Part shown: one piece after another, positions 40,603-54,825 of the stretch
Layout of the letters: the number at the start of each line of letters is the position of its first letter
Numbering within the stretch: position 1 is the first letter of the stretch
Origin: Vicugna vicugna
Lineage: Eukaryota
DNA length: 64,000 bases
Assembly (NCBI GenBank): GCA_013265495.1
Contig: MU058844.1
Location: forward strand, 4,331,535-4,395,534
Direction of reading: 5' to 3'
Translations under genes and position numbers: made by a program
The notes under the pieces: model-generated
The model's input: the letters and a program-made list of their open reading frames with translations, nothing else
The model's database searches: none
What the model was told of the DNA's origin: nothing

Positions 40603-40757
40603 CAATCTTTAATATATTTAATAATCTATGCATTTCTTTAATGTTCCAACTGTATTAAAATATAAATTATCTTGATGAAAATATTTTCCATAAGAGAAAG
40701 AGTAAGCAATTAAAATTTTTCAGCATTTTAGATGAAGGTTCTAAAACTCAAAAGAAA

Positions 40758-41049
40758 TTTCCAGTTATAAGCTAAATAAGTTCTGAGGATGCAGTTTCAG
40801 AATGGTGACTATAGTTAACAATACAGTATTGTGTATTTGAAAGTTGCTAAGAAAGTTGATCTTAAAAGTTTTCATCATAAGAGAAAGAATTTGTAACTGT
40901 GAAGTGACGGATGTTAACTAAACTTACTGTGGTAATCATTTCACTATATATATGTATATATACATACACACACATACATGTATAAAATCATTATATTGTA
41001 TATGTTAAACTAATACAATGGTATCTCTCAATAAAACTGAAAAATATTA
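40758..41049 (+). mobile_element. 5'-truncated L1 (L1MA9/10-like) 3' end with 15-bp TSD
   Basis: atggtgactatagttaacaatac..tttgaaagttgctaaga..atctctcaataaaactg. Flanked by AAAACTCAAAAGAAA (40743-40757) and AAAATTCAAAAGAAA (41050-41064). Confidence 0.85.
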
Positions 41050-43730
41050 AAAATTCAAAAGAAAGTACTTTCATAATACTAAACAATTAGTCTCATATAA
41101 ATTTTTAAAGTAATATGTAATATATCTTGTCACAAAGGAACTACTAAGTTAACATCTTTTTCTAGATCTCAGAGTCTATACTAGTCACAGCTAAAGTGAC
41201 TGAAGTGATGAAATATTCTTAACAAAGCTTTAAAGTGATCCAATTTGTGATATGTACTAAGCACATTTCAATTACTGGACTTTTGTGTATGAATAAAACC
41301 AAGTATCAAGATTCACAAACAAATGTTGAAGAAAACACATCAACATCTGGAAATTAAAATCATGGGAAGAGATGGTGTAATGACAACAAAGTGATGAAAG
41401 ATTAATCTGGCAATGTTTGCTTCCTGGAAGCTAAAGGCAATTTTCCTATAAAGGGAGAAATATTTTGAATTAAATACAAAAACAGAACAGAATAAAATCA
41501 AAAAACTAACATACTCAAAATGAAACTCCTGTAACTGAATAAACTGAATATTTTCTATCATAACATGGTATTTGTTAACATATTTAATTGGAACTCCAGA
41601 ATAAGGCACCAAGCATGTTTAAACCTCCAGTGTGTAGAGCACTCTGTTAGGTATTGTGGTTGATTCAGAAAATCCAGTCTCTGATATTAGGGAGTTTAAA
41701 TACTCTCTGGGGAGTCAAGATAAGTGCAAGTGAAATGACACAGAATTACTACATGGCAATTATTAAGAAGTGCACAATATCAAAATGATGTAGAAGTCAG
41801 AGAAGACAAGAAGTGGGCAGACATACCTAGAAGTAACTTGGATTGCCAGGTGCATGATGCAAATGAGCATGTGCCAAGAAAGCCACTTTCAGAGAAAAAA
41901 TATACATCCCCTACCAGCCCTCCAAGATGACTTAAATTTCCACCATTAATCCCACCCACTAGCTATTCTTTTAACCAGAAAATATTTCTTGAATACCACA
42001 CACCAAGTTGCATGGACCCATGCACCAGTACAAGTATTTTCCTTTCTTCCTCCTTTCCTTAAGCTTTGCGCCATTTTAAACAGGATTGTACTCTGGAAAA
42101 GATAACATAAAAAATCATTAACAGATGCTAACATGCAATTTTGACCTGCATCTTCCTCTCCTCCCTCAACCTTAACTTCACTGAAGAATAGCATGTTCCA
42201 AATATCTGCTGTCTACACTATTGCCTGAGCAATACTCTAAAATCATAATCCTCATATCATCTTATTTATATTTATTATTCACTGATCAGTTCTTCAGAGT
42301 CCTAAAAGAATAGCTGAAGTAAAACTAAGAAAAGTTTAGACAGAGATGGGGAGTTCAGGAAATGACTAGAGCTTGATCGCTTTTATGATTCTGGTAAAAG
42401 ACTCAAATTAGAGGTAACAGGTAGTAGTACAATTGAGAATGAGTGGATGAATACATTACAAAAAGGTATTATTTTCTGTGAAGAAAGATAAGGGGTCAGA
42501 ATTTGATATGAGCATGACTGATCTACAGACAATTATTGAGAGTTTGGAACTTAAGGCAACATTTAGCAATCAAGCCATACAAGGTTGGTAATTCATACTG
42601 TGAGAATGGAGGAGCTTCTGAAAAGAATAAATGTTAAGGGAGAAGAGCAAAGGATAAGAAATTAATTCCTGAATATTCCTAAGTAATGGTAGAGGAAAAA
42701 AAAAGGAATCAGAGAAAGAGCATTAAAGGGAGAAATAATAGAAGAAATGAATGCTATAAAATTTGTATTAGGGCTTTAAAAAATTTCTATTTTATTTGCA
42801 GTCAGAGAGCTTGTGTATGAGGCAATGTAACTAAAATAAAGTGTTCTGTGAAATTCCTCCTGATTCTCCTTTGGGTCAGCTAGGTTTTGATATTAAGCAG
42901 GCTAAATGGTTCCAATTCTTCTTTTCTGGGAATTAAATAAACCAGAGCAGCATTTTGGACTGTTTATAAAAGAAGAAAATGAGCTGCCAAGACACAGTTA
43001 ATAATATTGTGTATCTTTAAATTTGTCATGTAGAAACTTTTAACAAGCCTTAGCATGACATTTTATTTTTGCATACCCCAGCCAAATAACTTCCCAAATT
43101 TCTTATTCTTAAAATGGCTCATTAGTATAAGCTGGTAGCCAAACTACAGCAATAGCTGAGAAACTGCTTATTCAGCCACAAACTGAGTTGCTTTAAGTGA
43201 TTTTACTTACTGACTCATTAAAATGAACTATGATAATCCAATTTTTTAAATTTATGTTGAAGTAGCTAAAGGCTAAAGGTGTTTTAATTTATTGACATGA
43301 ATTTATATAGAACTTGACTATGAAAAAAAATCATTTGGGGATGTTATCCAAGAACATAGACCTGCAAAAAGAGACAGGAATCAAGGAATGAAAAAGCAAA
43401 AGTTTATATGTCCTGCAACTCTAAATTCCCATTATCAAAATGTTTCAGAGGCTGTTGTGCCCATACACTGTCATCCTCTTGTCCATTGCTCATTGCTATT
43501 GATCATTCTCCTCCTTTCTGCTGACTAGGGATGGACCAACATTGGGTTCTAGGTAGCCATTACCAATTGATCTGAGCTAGCATGCTATTTAAAAACAAAT
43601 TGCCATCCCTAAGACATTCAAAAGTTATCCAGGAAAAGAGTATGAAAGGGATTAATTTAATGTACCTTCAGAATAATATCTGAGCATAGTTCCATGAATC
43701 CATAATCAAGAAGAATGGCATGTTATTATC

Positions 43731-43758
43731 CTATCTATCTATCTATCTATCTATCTAT
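43731..43758. repeat. (CTAT)7 tetranucleotide microsatellite
   Basis: Direct reading. Confidence 0.95.
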
Positions 43759-44099
43759 CATCTAGTCATCCATCTGTTCTTCCATCAGTTTATCTACTTT
43801 TTTCTTGCATCTCCTCCTAGCATAGGCTCCTGTGAGCTATTGCTTTAGAAAGAACTTAAAAGTGTTATTTTGAATTTTACTTGAATTATTAATTATATTA
43901 TATAAACCCTTTTTAGATGTGAAGAATACCTAATTACACTTATGATGGTCTTATATTGGCTTTATCATGTTTTTTTTTCAAATGTCTGCTTTATTTCTTC
44001 TAATCTGTAGCATCCTCTAGAGCCAACTCTTTCAACTCATAAGAAATAGGGAAAGCACAGCTGCCACGTATGTACTTGGATGTACCTGGGGTGTTCCAA

Positions 44100-44470
44100 G
44101 CATGTGATTTGCAGTGGCAGGAGCTAGGAATACAATAGGTAAGTCACTTAAAAATATGTTGTGAGAGCAAAGCTGAAAGATCACTTACTCTTCTTAGGGG
44201 AGAAAGAAAATCTTCACAGAAAAGGTGATATTTTCCAGAGAAATAAGGTTAGAGGTTCTTCAGCAGAGGAAAGAAAGGGTTTGGCATTTTACAAAGGTTT
44301 TCAGAGGACCCATGGGATACAGAGGTAGATAATGAAGTCAACATCAGATGTTAGACCCGATGTGAAATGATTTTGGGTGCCAAGATAAAGTGTTTGGATT
44401 TTTATGCAGTAAATGAGTCAGTAGAGGTTTCTTAAACTGAGCATTTAAGTACATGATCAGATTTGGAGTA
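44100..44470 (-). mobile_element. L2 fragment
   Basis: gaaaatcttcacagaaaaggtgatattt...gtgtttggatttttatgcagtaaatgagtcagtagaggtttc...catgatcagattt. Confidence 0.6.
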
Positions 44471-45324
44471 GAGGTGAGCATAATCTTACTCTTTTAGCAG
44501 TTTAGGTTTTTCTTACTTTTCTTTTTTATTATTATCCAAAAAGATTGTTTGAAATTATAAATACAGATAGGTAAAATCATAGAAAATAAAAATCAACTAC
44601 AATTCTACTCAGCTGATTCATACAATTGTTTACTCATATTTAGTCTGCTATTTTCATAAAAACAGTTCATTGTATGGACGCACATTTGGACAAGTGCTAA
44701 TTTTCTGAAACTTGTGTGTCCTTCATGGAACTAACACCTACTACATAGTAGAGATGTTTTAAGGGTTAAATGACATAGTGTATAAAGAGCTGTTCCTAGT
44801 CTGTCATACCAGAGTACTGTGGGCATTGTGCTAAAAAGTGACTATTGAGGGCAAAAGGGATAAACTCAACACTTTGGTTGCATGTTTGCACTACACTGGA
44901 ATTCCACTCTAGTCACACTGAAATTACTTGGATTAATTTGCATACGTGAAGAGAGAAAGATAAATAATGTAAACAATATATGCTGTTCTACTTTTCATTC
45001 CACCCATTGGGCACATGAAAGAGTGACTATAATTTGAATTTTCTCTTTCTTAGTCAGGCTATTTTCTCATGCCTCCCACAGCATGAGGCTTTGGGGATCA
45101 ACTGTTTAAATATACGTACTCTTTCAGATGTTATTGCAATTATTCATTCACATATCTGTTTTTACACTATGAAGTAAATCTGATAAGAATATTAGTCGTC
45201 ATGATTAGCATGTAGTCAGTGTTCAATATATCACAACTACTATTATTATACAAATAAATATTTATTTAAAAAAAGAAACAAGTGGTCACCAATAAACTGG
45301 CAACATGTAATGAGAAAAAACAGC

Positions 45325-45530
45325 CTGGTGGAGTAAACAAATTTCATAGTCAGATACATCTAGTTCAAATCCTGAATTTTCCATTAGCTCTTTCCTTGGA
45401 TATTTGACTCAACCTCTCTAAATCTCAATCCTATCATTTCAAAACTAGAAATTATAACATGATCCCTTTAGATGTGAGGATTAACATTGGACTCTAGAAT
45501 AGTTTCTGTCAATAAATGATAATTATCATT
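45325..45530 (+). mobile_element. MIR
   Basis: agtcagatacatctagttcaaatcctg..ccattagct..aacctctctaaatctca..tgtgaggattaa. Confidence 0.65.
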
Positions 45531-47269
45531 ACCTAAATAAATCTTTTCTTAGTTTAAACACATTTAGCAAACAAGTTTCCGAATAATAAATATAGGTATT
45601 ATAGATGGAAAAAATAAAATTACTTAAATTCTATCTAATCACCTAGCTTTCTGAAGTATGTAAACTTAAAGGACCTATGGCCCATGACAAATTTTTTACT
45701 AAGTGGATTTTCCGTACTATTACGGCCAGGCTATCTAAGGTCTCAAGTATGCTCAAATGCACAAACACTAATGTACCTTCAATGAAGGGCTTTATGAGAA
45801 TACAAGGAAATGCTAGTAGCACAGTTCTTAATGTTAGCAAAAGCACAGTCAACCCAAGTTCTAGATCTTCTGAGACTGGGGAATGCAGTAGATTCTACAG
45901 ATAAGTGATTCAGTGTCTGCCTGTTTAGCAACTGTGACTTCATTGATTCAACTTTTCTATTTTCACCAAACATTTAATTTGGAAACTACTCAAACCACCA
46001 CAGAGGTGCTTGGGTTCCCTCTTGCTGAGTCATTTTAAAGTTATCTCTGGCTCCTGTTCATCCCTGATCCTATCCATATTAGACAGGAGCAATGGTGACT
46101 ATAAAGCAAAAAAAAAAAAAATCTATCTTTGAAATGTATCTGCATGCTTGCAGGCATCAAAGACTACCTCTGCTGTCCATCTATGTCCTAGCTCTAAACT
46201 ACATGAGAGTCTCAAGAGTGTTTTTTGTTTTTTTTTTTTCCTTTTCTTCTTAAAGACCTAAGTAGGGACTGCCTGCTCTGTTCACACTTGCCTCTGCATG
46301 GAAACTCGAGCCTAAGTTTTTGTGTCTCAACATTCCACCTCTGCCTCAAGGTAGCAAGTAAAATGTTGTCTGCCTCACAGAATCTGTCCTCTGAGCTACG
46401 CTTCAATCATCTTTGGCTATTTAACATCTTCAAAGACCTTCTTCTCAATGAGTTTTCCTAGATATGATCCCACTCATATAAGCCAACTTAGAAGGAAGAA
46501 AACTAGGAAGAAAACTAACGACAAAGAAATAATGATCAAAAGAAAACACATCACAAAGAAGAGAGCACTATGCTGTCCTCAGAGAACATATTTTACAGAA
46601 TCGTAATATCTTTATTCCAGTCTCTGAAATCTCCACAACCTGTCACAGTTACCCTGGTATATGCTGACCCTAGGGACAGCCATTCCAGGAAGGCAGTATC
46701 CTAGAAGACATGGCCTTCATGGTAATTAATGTCCTTTCTTTATTTTTAGTAATTCTCTTTCAAGAACTTAGTTTTCCAGTCTAGCTGATAATCAATTGTT
46801 AACTCTTTCATAGGTCTTTACCCTTATGCAATTCTTCAGTTTTTCATTGTTCTTGGTGTTCGATTTTATTTGGGAAGAAATCTAATCACTTTGTGGATAC
46901 CTGGAAGAAGAGTGCTTCTAAGCAGAGAGAATGGGAAGTTCAAAGGCCCTGGGGTGGGAGCTCAGCCAGAAAGCTGATTGAGATGGAGTGAAAAGGGCAG
47001 AGTGGTTAGAGGCAGGAGATTAATCCAGGAGAAGGATCATGTAGGACTATTTAAAGCATATTAATCAGACATTTTGTTTTTGCAGATTTTTTGAAAGAGG
47101 ATGCAAAACTCAAAAAACATGAAAAAAATCCCTATGTTCCCTCCTGTTGAGCAATTTTATCAGTTCCAATCTGTCTTTGATTAATGTCAGACTCCAGAAA
47201 AACATGTTGCTTTGAGAAAAATTTTTCTTGGATTATAAGGCATTGGGAATGTATTTAAATGTTTAAAAA

Positions 47270-50200
47270 GTATATATCAGTAGGTTTTATTTAATTTCAT
47301 ATAACAGGAAATCCAATCCAAAAGGTTTAAGAACAAAAGGAAAATAATTCTTTCAAGTATCTGAAAAATCCAGTTATTGGCTTCTACTGCGTCTTGACTG
47401 GGGACCAAATGATGTCACCTATACCCAGATTCTTTGTTTGATTCTGTTCAATCATCATGCTTTCTACTGTCAGATTCCCATGCCTTCTCTTTGGAGGTGG
47501 TTGCTGCTCTAAAACCAGACTTACATTGTGTCTCAATCAAATCCAACAGAAAAAGAGCAAGAGATTTTGAGAAGTTCCAGCATCTTACTAATTCTGTCAC
47601 ATACAAATTCCTAAACTTAATGGTGATAGCCCAGGGGATGAAATACACTTATTTCTTTCAGTGTGCATCACTTTCTTCCCTCTAGTAGAGCATCCCTGAA
47701 TGAATCCCCAGATGGCAGTACTAGAAATAGGGTGAACTGATGTCAGACAGCTAACCAACACAACCAGGGAAATGTCCATTCATCTGCCTACCCCATCTTC
47801 TCATCCAATCACCTTCAAAAATATCTCTATTGACATAATCAACTTATGTTATGTCCCAATGAAAACACACTCTCCTCTACTTTCCCAAAGTCTTACTCAT
47901 TTACAGAATACAGCTCAAAGTCCAAAGCATCTGTTCAGTGAACAGTCCTCTCAGTCAGACAGCTCTCTAACTCCCCTTGACCCAGAGCACTAATGCTAAA
48001 TAACAAGTTTAATAAATCCTCAAACATCATTTTTTTTCTAGGCTGCTGTTGGGGAAGGGAAAAAACACAAAGCAGTTGCCAGTACATAACTCACATTGTA
48101 TCTTGTGTGAAGAATAAGGCAAGGACCCCTTATTCACTTTCAGAAGTGAAATGTAGTTCCTTGGTCAACCAGTCTGGTGGTCTTAACTCTGCTCTCTGGA
48201 AGGATCTTTCCTCCACTGTCGAGAAGAAAATGGTTAATCACAGATTAACAGACTACTTTTTCCCTAGTGGGGATAACAAGGAAGAATGACTTTCACCAGA
48301 TCTCCTTGCACACAGGAATTACCTAACTACACAAGGTTTTGGTAGGATATTTTTGACCCATCTGTTTTTCTTACTGTAGGCAATAAGATTTTTTGGATTT
48401 TACCTATATCTGGTATTTGCTTGTATCTTTTGAATTATTAGTAAAGTTTGGTGTAAGGTAAGATCTACAATTTGTGTGGGTCTGCTTTGACAATCCAATC
48501 TATTGAGTTAACACAATTGTTTTCCATGACTGTATCTGAGATGACTCCTGTAATTCTTTATCAGTGCACTTTGTTTAACTTCAGTTGCTGGAGCCTGAGG
48601 ATTATTTCAAGGTTTGAGCAGCTCTTGCCTCTTATTTGTAAGACTTGGGTTTTCTCTAATAGCAAAACTTATTTAAACTCTTGATATACTTTTAATCTAT
48701 TTCCATTCACTCTATATCATGGAGTAGTAAACAGAAATATCAATAAGTATCAATCTTTAAGTCTGGAAAACACCTTTGGATATTGTGTCTTCTAGAAATT
48801 TATCATGGCCCCTTGAATTTTATCCCCCTAAAAATATGTTTAAGTTTAAATTCTTGGTACCTCAGAATGTGACCTTATTTGCAAATACAGTTGTTGCAGA
48901 CATAATGAATTAAGATGAGATTATATTAGAGTGCGACCTTAATCCAATATTATAGATTAAGAAGAGAATACACACACACAGAGACAGAGACAGAGAGAGA
49001 GAGAGAGAAATGCCATGTGAATGGAGGCAGAGATTAAAGTGATACATCCACAAGCCAAAGAACATAAAAAGGATTGCCAACAACTGCCAGAAGCTAGGAG
49101 GAAGTTATGAAACAGATCTTCCCTCAGTGCTTCCAGAGGAATCAACACTGACAACACCTTCATTTCAAATTTCTAGTCTCTGGAACGGTGAGACAATACA
49201 TTTCTGTTGTTTTAAGTCATTCAAGTTTGTGGTATCTTGTTACAGTAGCCTCAGGAAACTAATACAGCCACCATGCACTGCCAATCTCTTTAGCCCTAAG
49301 CTGAATGTTCTTTTTCTTAGTATCTGTGCACCTTCTCAACAGGAGTAATTTGTACTCTTCTCAGCCCATGTCTGCTTAAATGGAAGAATGTGAATGGGAC
49401 CTGAGATACTGGATTATATCTTCTCATCTACCACCTTGCTAACTCTCCCACCTCTGATTTTGCTTGAATCAGTGCTAGTTTGAGGCAGAGAATTTGGCTT
49501 GCTAACCCTTGCCAATCTTGCTACTGTAGTAGCAGCTATCTCAGACTTCAGATTGCAAATAGAAAGGATGCTATACTAAAACAATACACTGATTTGTCTG
49601 CCGACAGAATGGATCCACCTTAAAACTTCCTCATTCTTGTTTGACCTTTGTAAAGTCTCTAACAAGTCAAATTTTTCAAAACAATGTCTCTCATCCTGTT
49701 GTTTTGTTCAGCACAAGGCACTCAGAACAGTTTAACCAGTCATCTTACACTTAAAACTTCTAACTTCCAAGACTTGGATCGAGTGGCCCACACTGCCCTT
49801 TATGAAGAGACCTCCTGAGCTTGGCCAGACTATATACAATCTAGTCCATGTTCAAAAGTTGGCACAACCACTCAGCTATGGCTCAAATGGCTTCCACTTT
49901 GGGTCTCCAACAATATCACTGTGACCCAATTTCCTGCCCCAGTGACCTACCTACTCTATCCTGGTTCCATTCTTACATAAGACCTCTCTTTATAGTGGTA
50001 AGATGACTGCCACAAATACAAACTTACACTCTGTCTCATTTTAAGACAATGAAGTGTTAGCAAAATCATGGGTCATTTCACTGGTTTTGGTCAAGTTCCC
50101 ATTCCTAAATGAATCACAGTAGATGGATCAACATTACGTGCTGAATGACTTAGGCCTGTGTCATATGCTCCGGCTTCTACACCTCCAGCAACATGTAGGC

Positions 50201-50286
50201 TAATCATGAATGAGTACTGAAGTCCCAAACGGCCATTTGGAGAAACGCAGTAATTGAAGCTGGACAGTCAGAAAATATGTACTACA
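47270..50286 (-). mobile_element. Degraded MaLR provirus (MLT1J/K-like LTR, internal region, LTR remnant)
   Basis: LTR-like ~47270-47785 (aacaggaaatccaatccaaaaggtttaag..aaatgatgtcacc..aaatgtccattca). Internal-like sequence follows (cccaaagtcttactcatt..cagctcaaagtcc). A second LTR-like block spans ~49940-50286 (aagatgactgcc..aatcacagt..ttaggcctgtgtcatatgctcc..tgtactaca). Confidence 0.55.
48800..49266 (+). mobile_element. MaLR solo LTR (MLT1B/C-like) nested in the older element
   Basis: ggtacctcagaatgtgaccttattt, atggaggcagagatt, caagccaaagaac, ccagaagctagga, gagacaatacatttctgttgttttaag, aggaaactaataca. Confidence 0.88.
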
Positions 50287-50419
50287 AATAATGGAATTAA
50301 AATATTTTTATTGATTAGTATTTTTAAAATAATGAATAAATGAGAAAATAAAAATCACTGCACCAGAGATAAAATTTGCATTTGTATGTAAAGACACACA
50401 AATAAAGGCTATAGTATAT

Positions 50420-51140
50420 CCATATGCTGGACTACTACTTAGTAATCAAAAGAAATGAACTATTGATAATTGTACTAACAGGGATGAATCTCAAAATAAT
50501 TATTCTGAGTGTGTCTTAGCTCAGGCTGCTGTAACAAAATGCCATAGACTGGGTGGCTTAAACAACACTTCTGACAGTTTTGGAGTTTGAGAAGTCCAAG
50601 ATCAAAGTGCCAGCAGGTTTGGTTCCTGGTGAGAACCCTTTCCCTGGGCATGCAGATAGCCACATTTTTGCTGTGTTCTCATGGGGGGGGGGTCTCTCTT
50701 CCTCTTCCCATAAGGGAACTAATCATATCATGGGGCTCCACTCTCATGATCTCATCTCAACCTAATTACCTCCCAAAGTCTCCACCTCCAAATACTAATA
50801 CATTGAGGATTAAGGCTACAACATATGATTTTGATGTGAACACATTCAGTTCACTGCAGAGTGAAAGAAGTTAGACAAAATGTACGATTCCATTACACAA
50901 AATTGTAGAAAAGGTAAACTAATCTACAGAGGCAGAAGGCAGATCAGTAGTTTAGGGACAAGGCTAGAAGGGAGGGGTGGAACTGGAAAGGGCATGTGGA
51001 AATTGAAGAGGTGATAAAATACGTTCACTATAACAACTGTGATTCTTTCGCAGGAGTGTTATATGTATCAAAACTTAAATTGTACATTTTAAGTATGAGT
51101 AGTTCATTGTATGCCAATTGTATCTCAAGAAAGTTGTTTT
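50420..51140 (+). mobile_element. L1MB/ME-like 3' end, split by a MaLR LTR
   Basis: aaagaaatgaactattgata..ggatgaatctcaaaataattattctgagtg[LTR]aaagaagttagac..gcagatcagtagtt..attgtatgccaattgtatctcaagaaagttgttttaaaaa. Confidence 0.8.
50512..50858 (-). mobile_element. MaLR solo LTR (MLT1A-like), 347 bp, with 5-bp TSD GAGTG
   Basis: TG...CA ends; GAGTG at 50507-50511 and 50859-50863. Motifs ggctgctgtaacaaaatgccatagactgggtggcttaaacaaca and aagtccaagatcaaagtgccagcag. Confidence 0.92.
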
Positions 51141-51279
51141 AAAAATATTCCATGATACATTCTTCCGGTCATTCTCTACAACTATTTCATATTTACTTAA
51201 TAGTAAACTGAGATTGAATGATTCTTTTATATTTCACTTACATTTTTATCGTATTTTCTATTCCCTCAAATACATCTTT

Positions 51280-53040
51280 TAATACTATTGAACTTTTCTG
51301 AAGTTCATTATACATCCAGAAAAAAGCATATATCTTGAATGAATTATCAAAAATTGAACCTATCTGTGAAAATTTACCCAGATCAAGAAACAGAACAAAA
51401 TCAAAACATCAATACCCACCTCATGCTCCCTCCCAAAGAACACCCTATTTCCTTCCTTGAGATAACAATTATCATAAATTCATCTTGGCAGGTTCTGAAC
51501 TTCATATAAACAGAATTACAGAGTAGTATCTTTTGTGTTTTGCTGCTTTTATCCAATATTTGTGTGATCCATCCATGTTGCTACATGTAGTAGTTCATGC
51601 ATATTCTGTGCATATATTCATAACATTTCATTGTTTGACCATAACGCAATTTAAATATCTTATCCACTTTTCATAAATATTGTGGTTATTTCTATGCTTA
51701 GACACTAATAACCTTGCTAAGAATAAGCTTGCATCTGCATTTTAGTGTGTGTGTGCTTTTTTTTTTTTTCTGGTCTATGCAACTCAGAGTGGGATTACTG
51801 GGTCATGACTATACGTCACGCTGTAAAAGTTCCGTTAGGCTCCTTTGCTCCTGCCTCAACCCTGTAGTTCTACGCATCCACTATAGATGAATTTTGTCTG
51901 TCCTGGAATTTCATATAAATGAAATTGTATGTAATGTACTTTTGTGTATGGCTTTTTTTGCTCACAGATTCATCTGTGTAGTTGTATATGTCAGTTTTTT
52001 TTTTAATTGCTGAAGAATATTTCATTGTTTGAATGTATTACAACTTGTTTATCCATTTACCTGCTGATGAGCATCTGGGTTGTTTCTAGTTTTATGTTAC
52101 TATGAATAAAGCTGCTACGAACATTTGCTTTATGGTCAAAGAACATCATCTTTTGGAATTTACGATGGTTTCCTTCGTGGCCTGATACGTAGTCTACTTC
52201 TGTAAATATTCTGTATGTGCTAGGAAATAATGCATATTTTCTGTGTGTCAAGTGTGAAATTCTATATGATAGTTCAAACTTACTATTTAGGTCTTTATCT
52301 ATTTTTTTCTCTGCTGCATCCATTTGTTTCTGAGTGCTTTGTTAAAATATCCATCTACAATTTATCTATTTCCTTGTATTACTGTTTGCTGTTGCTTTTA
52401 GACTGTAATGTTAGAAGACATGCATATTGTGATGGACATATTCTCTTATTCTAGTGTTACTTTTACCAGAATACACCATTCATTTTCACCTTATGCCTTT
52501 TTTCCCCTTTGGCCTTAAATTCTATTTTGTTGTGTTTTAAAATTGCTTCCCCAGCTTACTTTGGCTCATTTTTGCTGGCAGAATTTTTGTCATGCTTTTA
52601 TTGTTGGACTTTGTATTTATAATTCAATATAATTAAATATATACAACTTAGTTGAATATAATTAAGATATATTAAAATTCTTAAGTTTGTTTTGTTAGGT
52701 TCAGCCCATTTACATTCATTTTAATTATTGCTACATTAGCCCTTTAGTCTAATATGTTTTGTATGGCATTTTCTATTTATTTGCCTTGTCCCCATTACTA
52801 CATTTCATTCAACAGAGTGAGTTTTCTTTTGGTGGATTACAAGTCATACATTCTTTGTGTATATTTGTAGTATTTATTTTAATCTAAGTCCAATAATCAT
52901 ATTTATTTACCCTATTGACGTCTTAACTTTGCCAATGTTCTGAATATTTAAGTAAATCATTAACAAGATCTCATGTCCTTTTGGAGTCTCTCTTACCTCC
53001 CTTCCCTGCTTTAAGTTGGATATATTTTTTCTTCCTTCCT
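51280..53040 (-). mobile_element. Cluster of old antisense L1 fragments
   Basis: cccagatcaagaaacagaaca, tacaacttgtttatccatttacctgctgatgagcatctgggttgtttctagttt, ttggccttaaattctattttgt, gcccatttacattcatt. Confidence 0.7.
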
Positions 53041-54038
53041 CTTTCTTAGAGTGAACTTATTATCCAGTAGGCATGAGGTCTGGAAGAGAGGATGCAGAAA
53101 ATGATGCCTGTGGTTGGGATGTTCAGTAGACCGCTGGATTCACAGGTCTGGAGCTTACAGACAATCTGGGCTGAAGATTTGGAATCACATATAGCTGAAA
53201 CCACTGCTTCAAGAAGAGGGGTGAAAAAAGGGTAAAATAGCAAACACTAGAATTTAAAGTATAGGCAGAGAAAAAGCCTGCAAATGACACTGTAGATTCA
53301 CCTAAAGAAATGGTGACATACAGAGATCATTTATTTAAAATGTACACACTATATCTACTGCCTAGGAATTAACTTTACAGATCCAATTCTGCTGACAGTC
53401 CAGTTATGCTGATTCCACTCCTAAAGGGCAGTATCTGGCCTGCCAGGGCCCATCAGAAACAGGACTCTGGTCAGAATTGGCCTTGTTGTGGTTGCAGATC
53501 TTCTTTGTGGCCTCTCTCAATTAGGAAGAATGGTGGAGAAACTCCGTACCACTCAAATAACTCTGACTACACTGCCTGCAACTTGACAAAGCAAGAGGTT
53601 CACTTGAATTAACTGTTGAGATGGCCACCCATGACTCATACTTCAGTATAGGTTAATTTAATCAGACTATGTTCCTAATATCAGAAACTAAAGCCATGGG
53701 GGAAGGAAGGAGTAAAGACAATTTCAACCATGAAAATCTTTAAGAAAGGGCAAACTAGCATGGTTTGATGAGGGGTATCCTGCTCAAGGCAGAAACATGG
53801 AGGTAAACAGTTTCTCACAGAATATAATGCTACTTGATAGGAAATATGCTATCCATGACCATAGTCACAGAATTCATCAAGAAAGTAGGTTCCAAAGAAC
53901 ATTAATCTTCCTGAAATCAAGTCTTCAGAGGCTTTTGGGCATTAATATTTCATCTTATGCTACTTCCTGATGGCAGTGAAGAGCAAGACGGAGGTTGTAC
54001 CAATTTTAAAGTGTCTTACTTTGAGTTATTTCAGTAAC

Positions 54039-54090
54039 TTTATTAAATAAACTTATTCATACATTTAATATTTAATAAATAAATTTTATT
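54039..54090 (-). terminator. Candidate distal polyadenylation signals (two AATAAA)
   Basis: tttatt on + at 54039-54044 and 54085-54090, at the far end of the AT-rich UTR-like block. Confidence 0.5.
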
Positions 54091-54825
54091 TTAGGTTATT
54101 TATATACTGGCTGGTTTAGATTGCTATGGAACAAGCATTAATATTAGATTTCTTATAATTTGTTTGCTGTCATGACTGTCATTTACGTCTACTAACATAT
54201 ATATAAATGAAATAATATGCAAACACAAGCCTGAACCTTGCAATTACATTAATAATTAACATCTACTATTATGTGACAAGCACTGTCCTAAGCAATTCAA
54301 ATATACTAATAAATATATTAATATAGTTAATATAAATATATATTATATATTTCCAGTGAATTTATTTAAAAAACCAATTTAGAAATGTCATAGAATTAAA
54401 ACTTCTGACATGTTCCTGAAACAGATGTTAACACCTGATAAGTTAATAATTGCTTGTTAGGAAAGCTGTCCATAAATAAGGCTAGTCTTCAGTAGAATTA
54501 AAAATACATTGTTTCTTTAGCTTTTCTAGTCTGACAGTGCAATATTATCAAACTACAAACATAACAGACAACATTGGATGGATCTATCAGTACCACTGGT
54601 TAAAGCTGTTAAGTTTCATTCGTGGCGACATAAAACCAATTAAGCCAATTGCATCAAATAAATCGTGGTTTTAAAATAAATCACAATTCACTGAGTGATG
54701 TTAATTACGGTTCTTGTCAAACACATTTGGTAAAGGCTATTTATAGCATACATGGCTGTGCATGCACTATTTAGTTATAAAGATACTTGCCGGTTTATTA
54801 CAATAGGATAGATAGATACTGGCAA

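Noticed and set aside
45643..45973. Three overlapping ORFs on both strands
   Set aside because: No recognisable homology or splice context; length is within chance expectation.
1..54000. Novel protein-coding genes or a multi-gene system among the many 60-133 aa ORFs
   Set aside because: Many ORFs start at non-ATG codons, are low complexity or overlap L1/L2/MLT fossils. I saw no consistent exon chain, CpG island, CRISPR-like array or prokaryote-like gene cluster.
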